From: Promethearchaeota archaeon
GTDB taxonomy: Archaea > Asgardarchaeota > Lokiarchaeia > Sigyniarchaeales > SOKP01
NCBI GenBank assembly: GCA_013375475.1
Contig: JABXKD010000097.1
Coordinates: 1-11,768 of the forward strand
Direction of reading: 5' to 3'
Length of the DNA stretch: 11,768 bases
Position 1 is the stretch's first letter; the number at the start of each line of letters is the position of its first letter. Below the pieces are notes generated by a model that was given only the letters and a program-made list of their open reading frames with translations, ran no database searches and had not been told where the DNA came from. The position numbers and the translations under genes were made by a program. Positions 1 through 8,280 of this stretch are shown piece by piece.

Positions 1-2
1 TT

Positions 3-596
3 TCCCCTTTTACAAACCTACGTAGCGATGAATATGGTGGTACTCCCGAAAAAAGAACAAATATCTTAAGAGAAATATATAATGGAATCAAGGATGAAGT
101 TGGAAAACAATTTCCAGTAATAATTAAATTTCAGTCTCAAGATTTTATTCCTAATGGTATTACTGAAGATGAAGGCGTTGAAATTGCTAAGAACCTATCA
201 AAGATTGGTTTTGATGCTGTAGAACCCAGTGGTGGTGGAGCAGAATCTATCTTATACGCTAAACGTAATATTACAAGTAAAATAGTAAAAAAAGAAGAAG
301 ACGAGAATTATTTCTTGCCATTTGCTAAAAAAATCAAACCGTTATTGAAAGATTGTGCTTTAATCCTTGTGGGAGGAATTCGAAATCCAGTTGCTGCTAA
401 TAAAATATTAATTGATGGTGATGCTGATTTTATATCGCTATGTAGACCATTGATATATGAACCTGATCTTCCCAATCGTTGGAAAAGTGGCGACACTACA
501 CTACCGAAATGTATCAGTTGCAATTCATGCTTTACAATGATGGAAAAAGGACCAGTATATTGCGTAACCAAAAAAAATTTAGAAAAAAACTCCTAA
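3..596 (+). CDS. NADH:flavin oxidoreductase (Old Yellow Enzyme-like FMN TIM barrel), 5'-truncated by window edge
   Basis: The frame is open from nt 3 (SPFTNLRSDEYGGTPEKR... = OYE motif N.R.D.YGG...NR) through DAVEPSGG, LVGGIR and DFISLCRPLIYEPDLP to C-terminal CISCNSC-x10-C and TAA at 594-596. The ORF track shows only the last 93 aa. Confidence 0.93.
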   Translation, partial: SPFTNLRSDEYGGTPEKRTNILREIYNGIKDEVGKQFPVIIKFQSQDFIPNGITEDEGVEIAKNLSKIGFDAVEPSGGGAESILYAKRNITSKIVKKEEDENYFLPFAKKIKPLLKDCALILVGGIRNPVAANKILIDGDADFISLCRPLIYEPDLPNRWKSGDTTLPKCISCNSCFTMMEKGPVYCVTKKNLEKNS

Positions 597-600
597 GTGG

Positions 601-610
601 CTTTTTTTTA
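601..610 (+). terminator. Oligo-T archaeal-type terminator of the OYE gene
   Basis: CTTTTTTTTA begins 4 nt after the stop codon, in a convergent intergenic gap. Confidence 0.5.
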
Positions 611-669
611 AGGATTGAGTAAAAGAAATATGCCCTATTGATTATAATGTGAAGAGAAACTTGGAATTG

Positions 670-1617
670 TTATTCTATCACAGTTATTACTACATTCCCT
701 TTTTTATGTCCTTTATCGACATAGGTATGAGCGTCGACCATCTTTTCCAACGGATAAGTTCTATCTATGGCCGATTTTAGCTTCCCTGCCTCAATAATTT
801 CTTTAAGAAATATTAAAGTTTCATTCTTTTCGCTATATCTTCCCTTTAAAACTGTCACATAGACCCCGTTTGGAGCAAGTCCTTTCTTGCCATTTGAAAA
901 TGAATCCTTTCCAACGGCATCAAAAATGATATCATAAAGCTCTCCGCTTTCTGTGTAATCTTCTTTTGTGTAATCAATTACCTTATCGGCTCCTAGAGAT
1001 TTCACCAATTCTAAGTTCGTGGTACTGCATACTCCGGTAACTTCTGCCCCAAAATACTTAGCAAGCTGTACCGCAAAAGTCCCATTACATCCTGAAGCAC
1101 CATAGATAAGAACTTTTTGGCCGCTCTGGATATTTGCCGTTTTAAGATAATGCAAAGATGTACTCGCCCCAGTAGAAACTGCGGCGGCTTCTTCATAGGT
1201 CATATTGGACGGTTTTATTGCCACCATCCCAGCCTTCCATTCTTCAGGTAGGCATACGTACTCAGCATAAGCACCGTTCTTCAACCCGGTGGTAGTTCCA
1301 AAAACTTGGTCCCCTTTTTTGAATCGTGTTACATCCTTGCCTACGGCTTCAACTTCACCAGCTAGCTCATATCCTAATATAGGTCTTTTTGGTTTACTGA
1401 TACCGTACATCATTCGCAGACCGAATGTGTAAATTTTTTTATCTGGGTGATAACCACTTCGAACTAACTTTACAGCAGCGTTTACTGTTGTTGCATATAC
1501 TTTTACAAGTATTTAATTGTCTTCGGGAGTAGGTTTCTCGACCTCTTTAAGCTGAAAAACCTCTGGAGGGCCATATTTTTCATATACCATCGCTTTCATT
1601 TTTTCTTTATTTTCCAT
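670..1617 (-). pseudogene. MDR-family NAD(P)-dependent oxidoreductase (quinone oxidoreductase/RTN4IP1-like) with one in-frame TAA at 1513-1515
   Basis: Upstream of the 247-aa ORF the same frame reads [71 protein letters not shown]. The paralogs read [14 protein letters not shown], so this is GAA>TAA. A GGTGA RBS at 1623-1627 supports ATG 1617 (alternative 1599). Confidence 0.88.
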
Positions 1618-1622
1618 TTTTT

Positions 1623-1627
1623 TCACC
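1623..1627 (-). promoter_or_regulatory. Archaeal-type Shine-Dalgarno GGTGA
   Basis: GGTGA on the minus strand, 5 nt before the ATG at 1617. Confidence 0.6.
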
Positions 1628-1672
1628 ATTTTATTTTAAAAAATTACTATTTATACTTGTTATTTGATTTCA

Positions 1673-2038
1673 TTAAAGAAATTGAGTCCATGCGTACCAA
1701 ACAGTCAGTACATTAAACCCCATACTTACTATGAGTAGAAATTTATCATAAGCTTTATACCCCTTGATTCCAGCGAGATTAAACACAATCCAGAAAATGG
1801 CTACGATGATGTTTACCACGCTATTTACTGGATGCTCCAATATCAGGGACAGGACAACCATAACAATCGGAATCACCATTAATATTGCCATTCCAAATAT
1901 TATTTTCTGAGTCATTGGCTTACCTTCTATTTCTCCCGGTGTAAAATCCCCAGCATAGATTCGCATTACATCACCTAATAAGTAAGTCAATATTACGGCA
2001 ACCCATACGAATGAAAGTATTATCTTCACATCTTCCAT
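1673..2038 (-). CDS. Small 4-TM membrane protein, DUF6326-like
   Basis: 121 aa with four hydrophobic helices. The N-terminus KIILSFVWVAVILTYLLGDVMRI resembles the DUF6326 pattern as recalled; not searched. Confidence 0.72.
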   Translation of the reverse strand: MEDVKIILSFVWVAVILTYLLGDVMRIYAGDFTPGEIEGKPMTQKIIFGMAILMVIPIVMVVLSLILEHPVNSVVNIIVAIFWIVFNLAGIKGYKAYDKFLLIVSMGFNVLTVWYAWTQFL

Positions 2039-2195
2039 AGTTCTAACACATCCTCTATTCTATAATATTTGATTTTGTACATCGATTGATATACAATTGT
2101 TTTCATAAATTCTTATTGGAATACATCCCATATAAATTAATGACTTGCTTCACAAGGAGTGTTTTCTAACAATTGAGAAATTATGGTTTGTTCAT

Positions 2196-3182
2196 TTATT
2201 CTACAATTATTATTACATGTCCCATTTTTTTACCTGTTTCAACATACCTGTGGGCTTCGGCAGTCTGTTCCAGCGGATAACTTCTATCTATTACCGATTT
2301 TATTTTCCCCGCCTCTACAAGCTCTTTGAAATAGATTAGATCTTCAGTCTTTGGGTGTGCTGCCCCGAACATCACTTTCTTAGTACTTTTCTTCGAAATT
2401 CTTCTCCCTCGAACCTTCTGTGACAGCCTAGGGTTGGCTATAAGATAGCTTCCATTTTGTTTTAACGATCTTATACTACCTGAAAATGAACTTTTGCTAA
2501 CCACATCAAGAATAAAATCATAAGTCTCACCGCTTTTGGTGAAATCTTCTTGAGTGTAATCAATAACCTTGTCAGCACCAATGGAGCGAATCATGTCCAA
2601 TTTCATCGTGCTACCCACACCAGTTACTTCACCCCCAAAGTATTTAGCAAGTTGTACCGCATAAGTTCCAATAGTCCCACCAGCGCCATTAATCAGTACC
2701 TTTTGTCCGCTCTGGATATTTCCTTGTCTAATATAATGCAATGCTTCAAGACCCCCAACAGGAACGGGGGCGGCTTCCTCATAGGTCATATTGATTGGTT
2801 TTAGTGCCAATACCCCGTCTTCAGGTTCTTCAAGCAGACATATGTACTCCGCATAAGTACCCATACCAACAAAACCGGTAGCTGCAAAAACTTGGTCCCC
2901 TTTCTTAAACAACTTTACATCTTTGCCTACTGATTCAATTTCCCCGGCTAACTCCATCCCTAGACTAGTTATTCTTTTTGGTTTTCTGAGACCAATATAT
3001 AGTCGCATGAGGAGTCGGAACCGGATTGGCAATTTGAGACTTCGCTGTTCACAGTCCCCTGATGTTACTGTTGTCGCATGTATTTTAACCAATATTTCAT
3101 TGTCCTTGGGAGTAGGTTTTTCTACCTCCTTGAGCTGAAGCACCTCTGGTGGTCCGTACTTCGTCCATACAATCGCTTTCAT
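2196..3182 (-). CDS. MDR-family NAD(P)-dependent oxidoreductase (Zn-independent, quinone oxidoreductase-like)
   Basis: [16 protein letters not shown] start, GMELAGEIE, Rossmann [12 protein letters not shown]-terminal [20 protein letters not shown]. It lacks the GHE Zn-ligand motif and the 4-Cys structural Zn loop. Confidence 0.93.
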   Translation of the reverse strand: MKAIVWTKYGPPEVLQLKEVEKPTPKDNEILVKIHATTVTSGDCEQRSLKLPIRFRLLMRLYIGLRKPKRITSLGMELAGEIESVGKDVKLFKKGDQVFAATGFVGMGTYAEYICLLEEPEDGVLALKPINMTYEEAAPVPVGGLEALHYIRQGNIQSGQKVLINGAGGTIGTYAVQLAKYFGGEVTGVGSTMKLDMIRSIGADKVIDYTQEDFTKSGETYDFILDVVSKSSFSGSIRSLKQNGSYLIANPRLSQKVRGRRISKKSTKKVMFGAAHPKTEDLIYFKELVEAGKIKSVIDRSYPLEQTAEAHRYVETGKKMGHVIIIVE

Positions 3183-3187
3183 GAGAA

Positions 3188-4108
3188 TTATTCTATAGTT
3201 ATTACTCCATTTCCCTTTTTGCGCCCTGTATCAACATATCTATGAGCTTCAACGATTTGTTCGAATGGATAGGTTTTATCAATAACCGGCTTTATCTTTC
3301 CTGCTTCAATAAGATCTTTAAGGAACCTTAGATCTTCAGTATTTTCCTTTCCTGAGGATTTCAAAACGGAAAGAAAGATTCCTTTCTCCTTTAGCACTCT
3401 CTTACATTGTGAAGACGAACTTTTAGCTACTGCGTCAAAAATGATATCATAAGTCTCACCACTTTGCGTAAAATCCTCTTTGGTGTAATCAATTACCCTA
3501 TCGGCTCCCAGAGATTTCACCAATTCTAAATTCGAGGTACTGCATACCCCGGTAACCTCCGCTCCAAAGTGCTTGGCAAGTTGTACTGCAAAGGAACCTA
3601 CGCTTCCAGAAGCGCCATTAATAAGAACTTTTTGGCCGCTCTGGATATTTCCTTTTCTAAGAAGGAGTAATGCTGTAAGTCCACCAGAAGCAAAACCTGC
3701 GGCTGCTTCCTCAAGCGTCAAATTGTTCGGTTTTAACGCTATCATCCCATCTTCAGGCATACATTTGTACTCCGCATAACCGCCAAATTTCACCCAGAAG
3801 GTAGATGCAAAAACTTGGTCGCCTTTCTTAAACAACTTAACATCCTTGCCAACCGTTTCAATCTCCCCTGCTAGCTCCATCCCTAATATAGGTCTTTTTG
3901 GTTTTTTAAAACCTAACACTAAATGTAACATGAGAGTTTGAAATTTGGAAGTCGGGTGTTTACCCCTCCTCATTATCGCGTCCCCTGCTGTTACGGTTGT
4001 CGCGTGAATTTTTATCAGCACTTCATTGTCCTTGGGAGTAGGTTTTTCTATCTCTTTAAATTCAAGAACATCCGCTGGCCCAAATTGTTCGTAAACAATT
4101 GCTTTCAT
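3188..4108 (-). CDS. MDR-family NAD(P)-dependent oxidoreductase (Zn-independent, quinone oxidoreductase-like)
   Basis: [55 protein letters not shown]. The 5-nt gap to the next paralog implies an operon. Confidence 0.93.
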   Translation of the reverse strand: MKAIVYEQFGPADVLEFKEIEKPTPKDNEVLIKIHATTVTAGDAIMRRGKHPTSKFQTLMLHLVLGFKKPKRPILGMELAGEIETVGKDVKLFKKGDQVFASTFWVKFGGYAEYKCMPEDGMIALKPNNLTLEEAAAGFASGGLTALLLLRKGNIQSGQKVLINGASGSVGSFAVQLAKHFGAEVTGVCSTSNLELVKSLGADRVIDYTKEDFTQSGETYDIIFDAVAKSSSSQCKRVLKEKGIFLSVLKSSGKENTEDLRFLKDLIEAGKIKPVIDKTYPFEQIVEAHRYVDTGRKKGNGVITIE

Positions 4109-4120
4109 GATAAGTTATAT

Positions 4121-4134
4121 TAGAATGCATTCTA
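4121..4134. promoter_or_regulatory. Perfect 14-bp palindrome TAGAATGCATTCTA, candidate operator of the MDR operon
   Basis: Self-complementary and 12 nt upstream of the ATG at 4108. A related AGAAT-N4-ATTCT lies at 4157-4170. Confidence 0.45.
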
Positions 4135-4227
4135 TTAGAAATTAATGACTGGATTAAGAATGATTATTCTCTATAATCGAGAAATGATGTTTCATTATCG
4201 TCCTCCACATTTTTGACTTTAGGGGAG

Positions 4228-4782
4228 TCATTTTTGAGTAGAAAGTTGTTTATATTTAAAATATAATTTTTCAATAATAGCGTTAAAAGCTTCGATTACA
4301 CCTTCTCCAGTTTTTGCGGAAGTAGTGAAATATTCGAAAAAATTATATTTTTTAACGATTTTTTGAATTTCAGCTTTGTTAAATTCATTTTTGCTTATTA
4401 AATCAACTTTATTGGCAAATAATAAAACAGGTATACCGCTACAATACTTGTTTAGTTGGTTATACCAATTTTCTATATGTGTGAAGCTGTTTTTTCCTAA
4501 ATCGTTTTCTTCAAGGCTATATACTATAATTGCCGCTTTAGTCTCTTTATAAAACAAGTGATGTAGAAAATTGAAATCTTCTTGGCCAGCTATGTCCCAG
4601 AATATTAATCTAATCATATCTCCATTAATTTCTTTGTTATATTTCGAAAGTTGAGCTCCGATTGTTTTTACGTAGTCCTTTTCAAATGAACCCTTAGTGA
4701 ATTTTTTAATTAAGGATGTTTTACCTACTGCTCCATCTCCAACAACTGCTATTTTAAATCGAAATTCTTCAGAATTCTTCAT
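4228..4782 (-). CDS. Rab-like small GTPase (Ras superfamily)
   Basis: G1 GDGAVGKT, G2 KTIG, G3 WDIAGQE, G4 NKVD, G5 TSAK. 184 aa with no C-terminal Cys prenylation motif. Confidence 0.95.
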   Translation of the reverse strand: MKNSEEFRFKIAVVGDGAVGKTSLIKKFTKGSFEKDYVKTIGAQLSKYNKEINGDMIRLIFWDIAGQEDFNFLHHLFYKETKAAIIVYSLEENDLGKNSFTHIENWYNQLNKYCSGIPVLLFANKVDLISKNEFNKAEIQKIVKKYNFFEYFTTSAKTGEGVIEAFNAIIEKLYFKYKQLSTQK

Positions 4783-4888
4783 TAGATTTCTATTTCTTAA
4801 TGAAAATATAATTCTTTTTTAATGAATGATTGGGTTTAGGTTAATATAAAATTTTGGTGAATTGATATAATTGAAATGTAAACTTCTA

Positions 4889-6829
4889 TCAATTTTTTTT
4901 CTCAACAAAAATCTCCATTACCATAGACTCAAGCGAAGGAATATCGTTTAATTGAACTGATTTACTCTTTTGGAAAAAATTCTGTAAAGATTGCCAAATG
5001 AAGTTGTCATTCTGTATCGAATCAAGAAAATTTTTAATCTTAGAATAAGCATAATAAGAGTGTCCTTTAAAGATGTAACATGCTAAAAATGGTTGAGCGG
5101 ACATCATAAGAAGCGTATATTGACCAAAAATAGCCCGATCAAGACCTTCAGAAAAAACTTCGTTAATTATGTAATTTATTGTAGTTAGGATACCTCCTAA
5201 AATATCATCTTCAAAAGAAAAATCTTCCATAAATTTTTTAGAGAATAAAAGATTACCGCCTTCCGTTAAGATTAATAGCATAACAGGTTTTTCTTTTGAT
5301 ATATCTGGAATTTCTACTGATCGTTTTTTTAGCATGGTTTTCAGTTGATCATCTAAACGGGCTAATTCAATACGCTCCGCCAGACTTGCTTTTGAATCAC
5401 TCAAGATTTCCCATTTATCCATTTCTTTTAGTAAGTTATCATGTTCATTTGAGATTTTCATTGCTAATCGTTTTAACCCATATAATTCCGCAATCTTCTG
5501 TGCTTGGGTCAAAAAGCGTCGGGCAGCTTTTACATTATAAGTCAATAAAGCCAATTTAGCTTGTAATATGAAAATTTCGCAGAAAACTTTAAATGAACGC
5601 GATTTTTCAGCTATAGTTAATAATTGAGTAATATTTTGATTAATTTCCTCAAGAACTTCATCATTCTTATTCAAACGGTATTCAACAAAAAATATATCAC
5701 AAAGATGAATATATGAGTTAATTTTTATGTCAGGAATTATAGTTTCTGTTTTTAAGATAAGTTTAAATAATTTTTCAGCTTTAGCTTTATCTCGGATTCG
5801 AGAACTGTTTTTCATCATTAAAGCTTTATTATATTTGTATATAATTTCGATCTGACTATTTGGTGTTTGATTATACATATTTTCCAAGCGTTGAAAATAT
5901 TTTTGAGCAAGAATAATATCTCCCTTCTTAAGAGCTAAAGCTATTATGCTATCAATAACCATTTCTATTTCTAAAGGATCCCGCTCCCAATACTTTAAAC
6001 TTTCTTCTAAATATTGCAAAGCCATTTCATAATCGCCAAGCTCAGCATGGAGATTCCCTATATTATTTAATGTACTCGCAATATGTAAATTACTTTTAAA
6101 TTTTTTAATTATTTCAAGAACTTTCATATAATGTTTTAAGCTATTCTCTAACTCCCCAATACAATGATATGATATCGCCGCAACAGCATTACCTACAGCG
6201 ATCCAATAATGGTTAAATTTAATTTCCTTAGCTATTGATAATATTTTCTTGCCACATTCCAAAGCAAGATCGAATCTACTTTTTCTCCACATCATAATTT
6301 CTGCCATTATCTGATTTGCCCTAGCAAATTCACATTTATTTCCAAGTTCTTTTTGAAATTCAAAAAGTTTTTCTACGTACTTTTCTGCTATATCCGAATT
6401 GCCCAACCCAAAATTCATCGCAGCTCTTAGTAAATCTAAACGAACTTCTCTTAGAATTAAAATACTTTTAGGTTTATTAGAAATAAGTTTTAATATATCT
6501 TCAGCATCTTCAATTTTTTTTTTTGCCTCGTCAAATTTATAAGTCCGAATCAGTCCGTCAATAATAACAAATAATCCATCAAACGAGTAGACGTGATCAT
6601 TATGTTTTTGGCCTTCTCTTAGCATTTGTTCACCTAACTTAATAGCTTCTTCGATATTATGTTGATATAAAAGAATCAAGCCCTTAAGAAATTGATAATA
6701 ACTTTTCTGCTGAAGATCTAGACCCTCAAATAAGCTTTGATTGTTTAATAGTTCAAGAGCCTCTTCAATTTTACAGATATCAAAAAGGTTTTCTGCTTTC
6801 GTTAATTGGTTTAGCTCAGCGTGAGACAT
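4889..6829 (-). CDS. TPR-repeat protein with C-terminal longin/roadblock-like domain
   Basis: Helical TPR repeats (e.g. IASTLNNIGNLHAELGDYEMALQYLEESLK). The last ~130 aa (4889-5290) read LLILTEGGNLLFS...DILGGILTTINYIINEVFSEGLDRAIFGQYTLLM...LACYIF, a beta-beta-alpha-beta-beta-beta-alpha longin-like pattern. Confidence 0.85.
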   Translation of the reverse strand: MSHAELNQLTKAENLFDICKIEEALELLNNQSLFEGLDLQQKSYYQFLKGLILLYQHNIEEAIKLGEQMLREGQKHNDHVYSFDGLFVIIDGLIRTYKFDEAKKKIEDAEDILKLISNKPKSILILREVRLDLLRAAMNFGLGNSDIAEKYVEKLFEFQKELGNKCEFARANQIMAEIMMWRKSRFDLALECGKKILSIAKEIKFNHYWIAVGNAVAAISYHCIGELENSLKHYMKVLEIIKKFKSNLHIASTLNNIGNLHAELGDYEMALQYLEESLKYWERDPLEIEMVIDSIIALALKKGDIILAQKYFQRLENMYNQTPNSQIEIIYKYNKALMMKNSSRIRDKAKAEKLFKLILKTETIIPDIKINSYIHLCDIFFVEYRLNKNDEVLEEINQNITQLLTIAEKSRSFKVFCEIFILQAKLALLTYNVKAARRFLTQAQKIAELYGLKRLAMKISNEHDNLLKEMDKWEILSDSKASLAERIELARLDDQLKTMLKKRSVEIPDISKEKPVMLLILTEGGNLLFSKKFMEDFSFEDDILGGILTTINYIINEVFSEGLDRAIFGQYTLLMMSAQPFLACYIFKGHSYYAYSKIKNFLDSIQNDNFIWQSLQNFFQKSKSVQLNDIPSLESMVMEIFVEKKN

Positions 6830-6904
6830 TTATTTATTAGAATTGGATTATAACCTTATGAAAAACTAAGCTAATTATCATTTTAAATATATCGTAAGTT
6901 TTGA

Positions 6905-6919
6905 ATATAAAAAGTTTTT
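6905..6919 (-). promoter_or_regulatory. Candidate BRE/TATA promoter of the TPR-longin gene
   Basis: The minus strand reads AAAAACTTTTTATAT about 76 nt upstream of the ATG. The AT-rich background lowers specificity. Confidence 0.35.
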
Positions 6920-6989
6920 AGAAATAATCCCAACAAGAAAAGTTGTATAAAAAAAAATACATTTAATTTCTAAGTACTTACATAAAAAT

Positions 6990-7000
6990 AAAAAAAAAAA
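6990..7000 (-). terminator. Oligo-T (T11) terminator after the frameshifted membrane gene
   Basis: T11 on the minus strand, 18 nt after the TAA at 7019-7021. Confidence 0.5.
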
Positions 7001-7018
7001 GTATTTAATTTATGGTTT

Positions 7019-7410
7019 TTAGCTTCTCTGTTTAATATAAGCGACAATTCCAAGTATAGAAAGTAACGCTTCTATCGATATATTAAATAAATGCGACATT
7101 ATCGCGTTTTCATAATTTAAGCCTATAGTAATAAATACAGTCGTTTCAAGGATCAATGTCATTAAAAGTAGCGCTAAAAAAACTCAAAAATAAATTTAAT
7201 TTCTTCCCATTGCTTTTTACGAAGCATCAAGATAGCAAAAATCCCAGATAGGAAATTAACTCCTCCAAACAGCTTTGGGAGATAGGGGTTTGTCCAACCC
7301 TCAGGATTCATGGTCAAATCAAATAGAAACATTAGGAATATCCCAAACATTAACCAAAGAATAACCTCGATTATAAGTAAGATTTTGGTAAATAATTTAA
7401 TTTCAGTCAT
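7019..7410 (-). pseudogene. Small 4-TM membrane protein split by a -1 frameshift in a T7 run (7176-7182)
   Basis: The 78-aa ORF stops at GAG TTT TTT TAG. One extra T gives ...EFF-LALLLMTLILETTVFITIGLNYENAIMSHLFNISIEALLSILGIVAYIKQRS* (130 aa total, two more TM helices, stop at 7019-7021). Confidence 0.75.
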
Positions 7411-7471
7411 TTTTTTATCAACTCAATTTATTTTTTATTGTATTTTTATCATCAAATTGACGAACTTTTTT

Positions 7472-7482
7472 AAAAAAAAAAA
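7472..7482 (-). terminator. Oligo-T (T11) terminator of the exported hypothetical gene
   Basis: T11 on the minus strand about 55 nt downstream of the stop at 7537. Confidence 0.4.
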
Positions 7483-7536
7483 GATTTTAGAATTTATTTT
7501 TTATCTGATATGATTGACGAGGATGTGTATTAGTAT

Positions 7537-8229
7537 CTATATACCCCACAATTTTGTAAGAAAGGAGCCCGGACCGACAGGAAATATACCTTTTCCAAAC
7601 CCCACATCCATTGGGATGCCAACATCCCATAAAGCTGCGACAAGGACCCATCCTCCTTCATCCATAACTAAAGGATCTTCGCCCCAGGGAATTGTCGCAG
7701 GATTCATGGGATCAGTAGGATCAGCTTCATAATATTGACCTGAAAGGCTTAGAAGCATAAGCATCGGTGTTGATACGAATTTTCCTTCAGTATTAGGCAT
7801 GGTAAAGTAAAATATATTTCGATATGTTAGAGGGTAATTTATATCAGTAGTCTTAAAATTTCCCTCACCCATGAACAACCAAACATTAATAAACCAGACA
7901 TTAAAAACTGGGCATAGAAAATAATGATGTTTCGTTTGAAGGAATCCATTTTTGAGCATCCCCATCATCGTATACACTTTTTCCCCTGAATCATCATAGA
8001 TTCTTTGATGGAAAACTACTTTCACCGATGTGAGCTCATCATCTTCACTAATCTTCCCCACGATAAGATTAGTAGAATTGATATCTAGATCGTCTCCTAT
8101 TGCCATGAATAAGACGCGATTAGAACTAGCAGCCATCACCGGTGTCATAATTGCTATAATAGTTATGAAAAATGTTGCCGCGATCATTGCTTTAGTCACT
8201 TTTGATTTCTTTTTCACTATCATTTTCAC
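7537..8229 (-). CDS. Exported/secreted hypothetical protein
   Basis: Basic N-region (KKKSKVTK), hydrophobic helix (AMIAATFFITIIAIMTPVMAA) and Ala-rich cleavage region, then a beta-rich aromatic/Gly/Pro body. The start may be ATG 8223 (GGTGA at 8226-8230). Confidence 0.78.
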   Translation of the reverse strand: MKMIVKKKSKVTKAMIAATFFITIIAIMTPVMAASSNRVLFMAIGDDLDINSTNLIVGKISEDDELTSVKVVFHQRIYDDSGEKVYTMMGMLKNGFLQTKHHYFLCPVFNVWFINVWLFMGEGNFKTTDINYPLTYRNIFYFTMPNTEGKFVSTPMLMLLSLSGQYYEADPTDPMNPATIPWGEDPLVMDEGGWVLVAALWDVGIPMDVGFGKGIFPVGPGSFLTKLWGI

Positions 8230-8280
8230 CTTATATATTTCTTTTTATTCAACTCTTTTTTTTTGTTTTAATTCGATTTT

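Noticed and set aside
308-571. 87-aa minus-strand ORF
   Set aside because: Antisense shadow of the OYE gene with no motifs.
1513-1515. Stop-codon reassignment or Sec/Pyl recoding
   Set aside because: The codon is TAA, not TGA or TAG. TAA terminates several neighbouring genes normally, and a single G>T change explains it.
670-4108. Calling the MDR genes Zn-dependent alcohol dehydrogenases (adh)
   Set aside because: The GHE motif is replaced by GYE/GME and the 4-Cys structural Zn loop is absent.
1011-4123. Short alternative-frame or antisense ORFs (1011-1196, 2145-2339, 2550-2804, 2923-3138, 3573-3779, 3938-4123)
   Set aside because: All overlap well-supported MDR genes and show no recognisable features.
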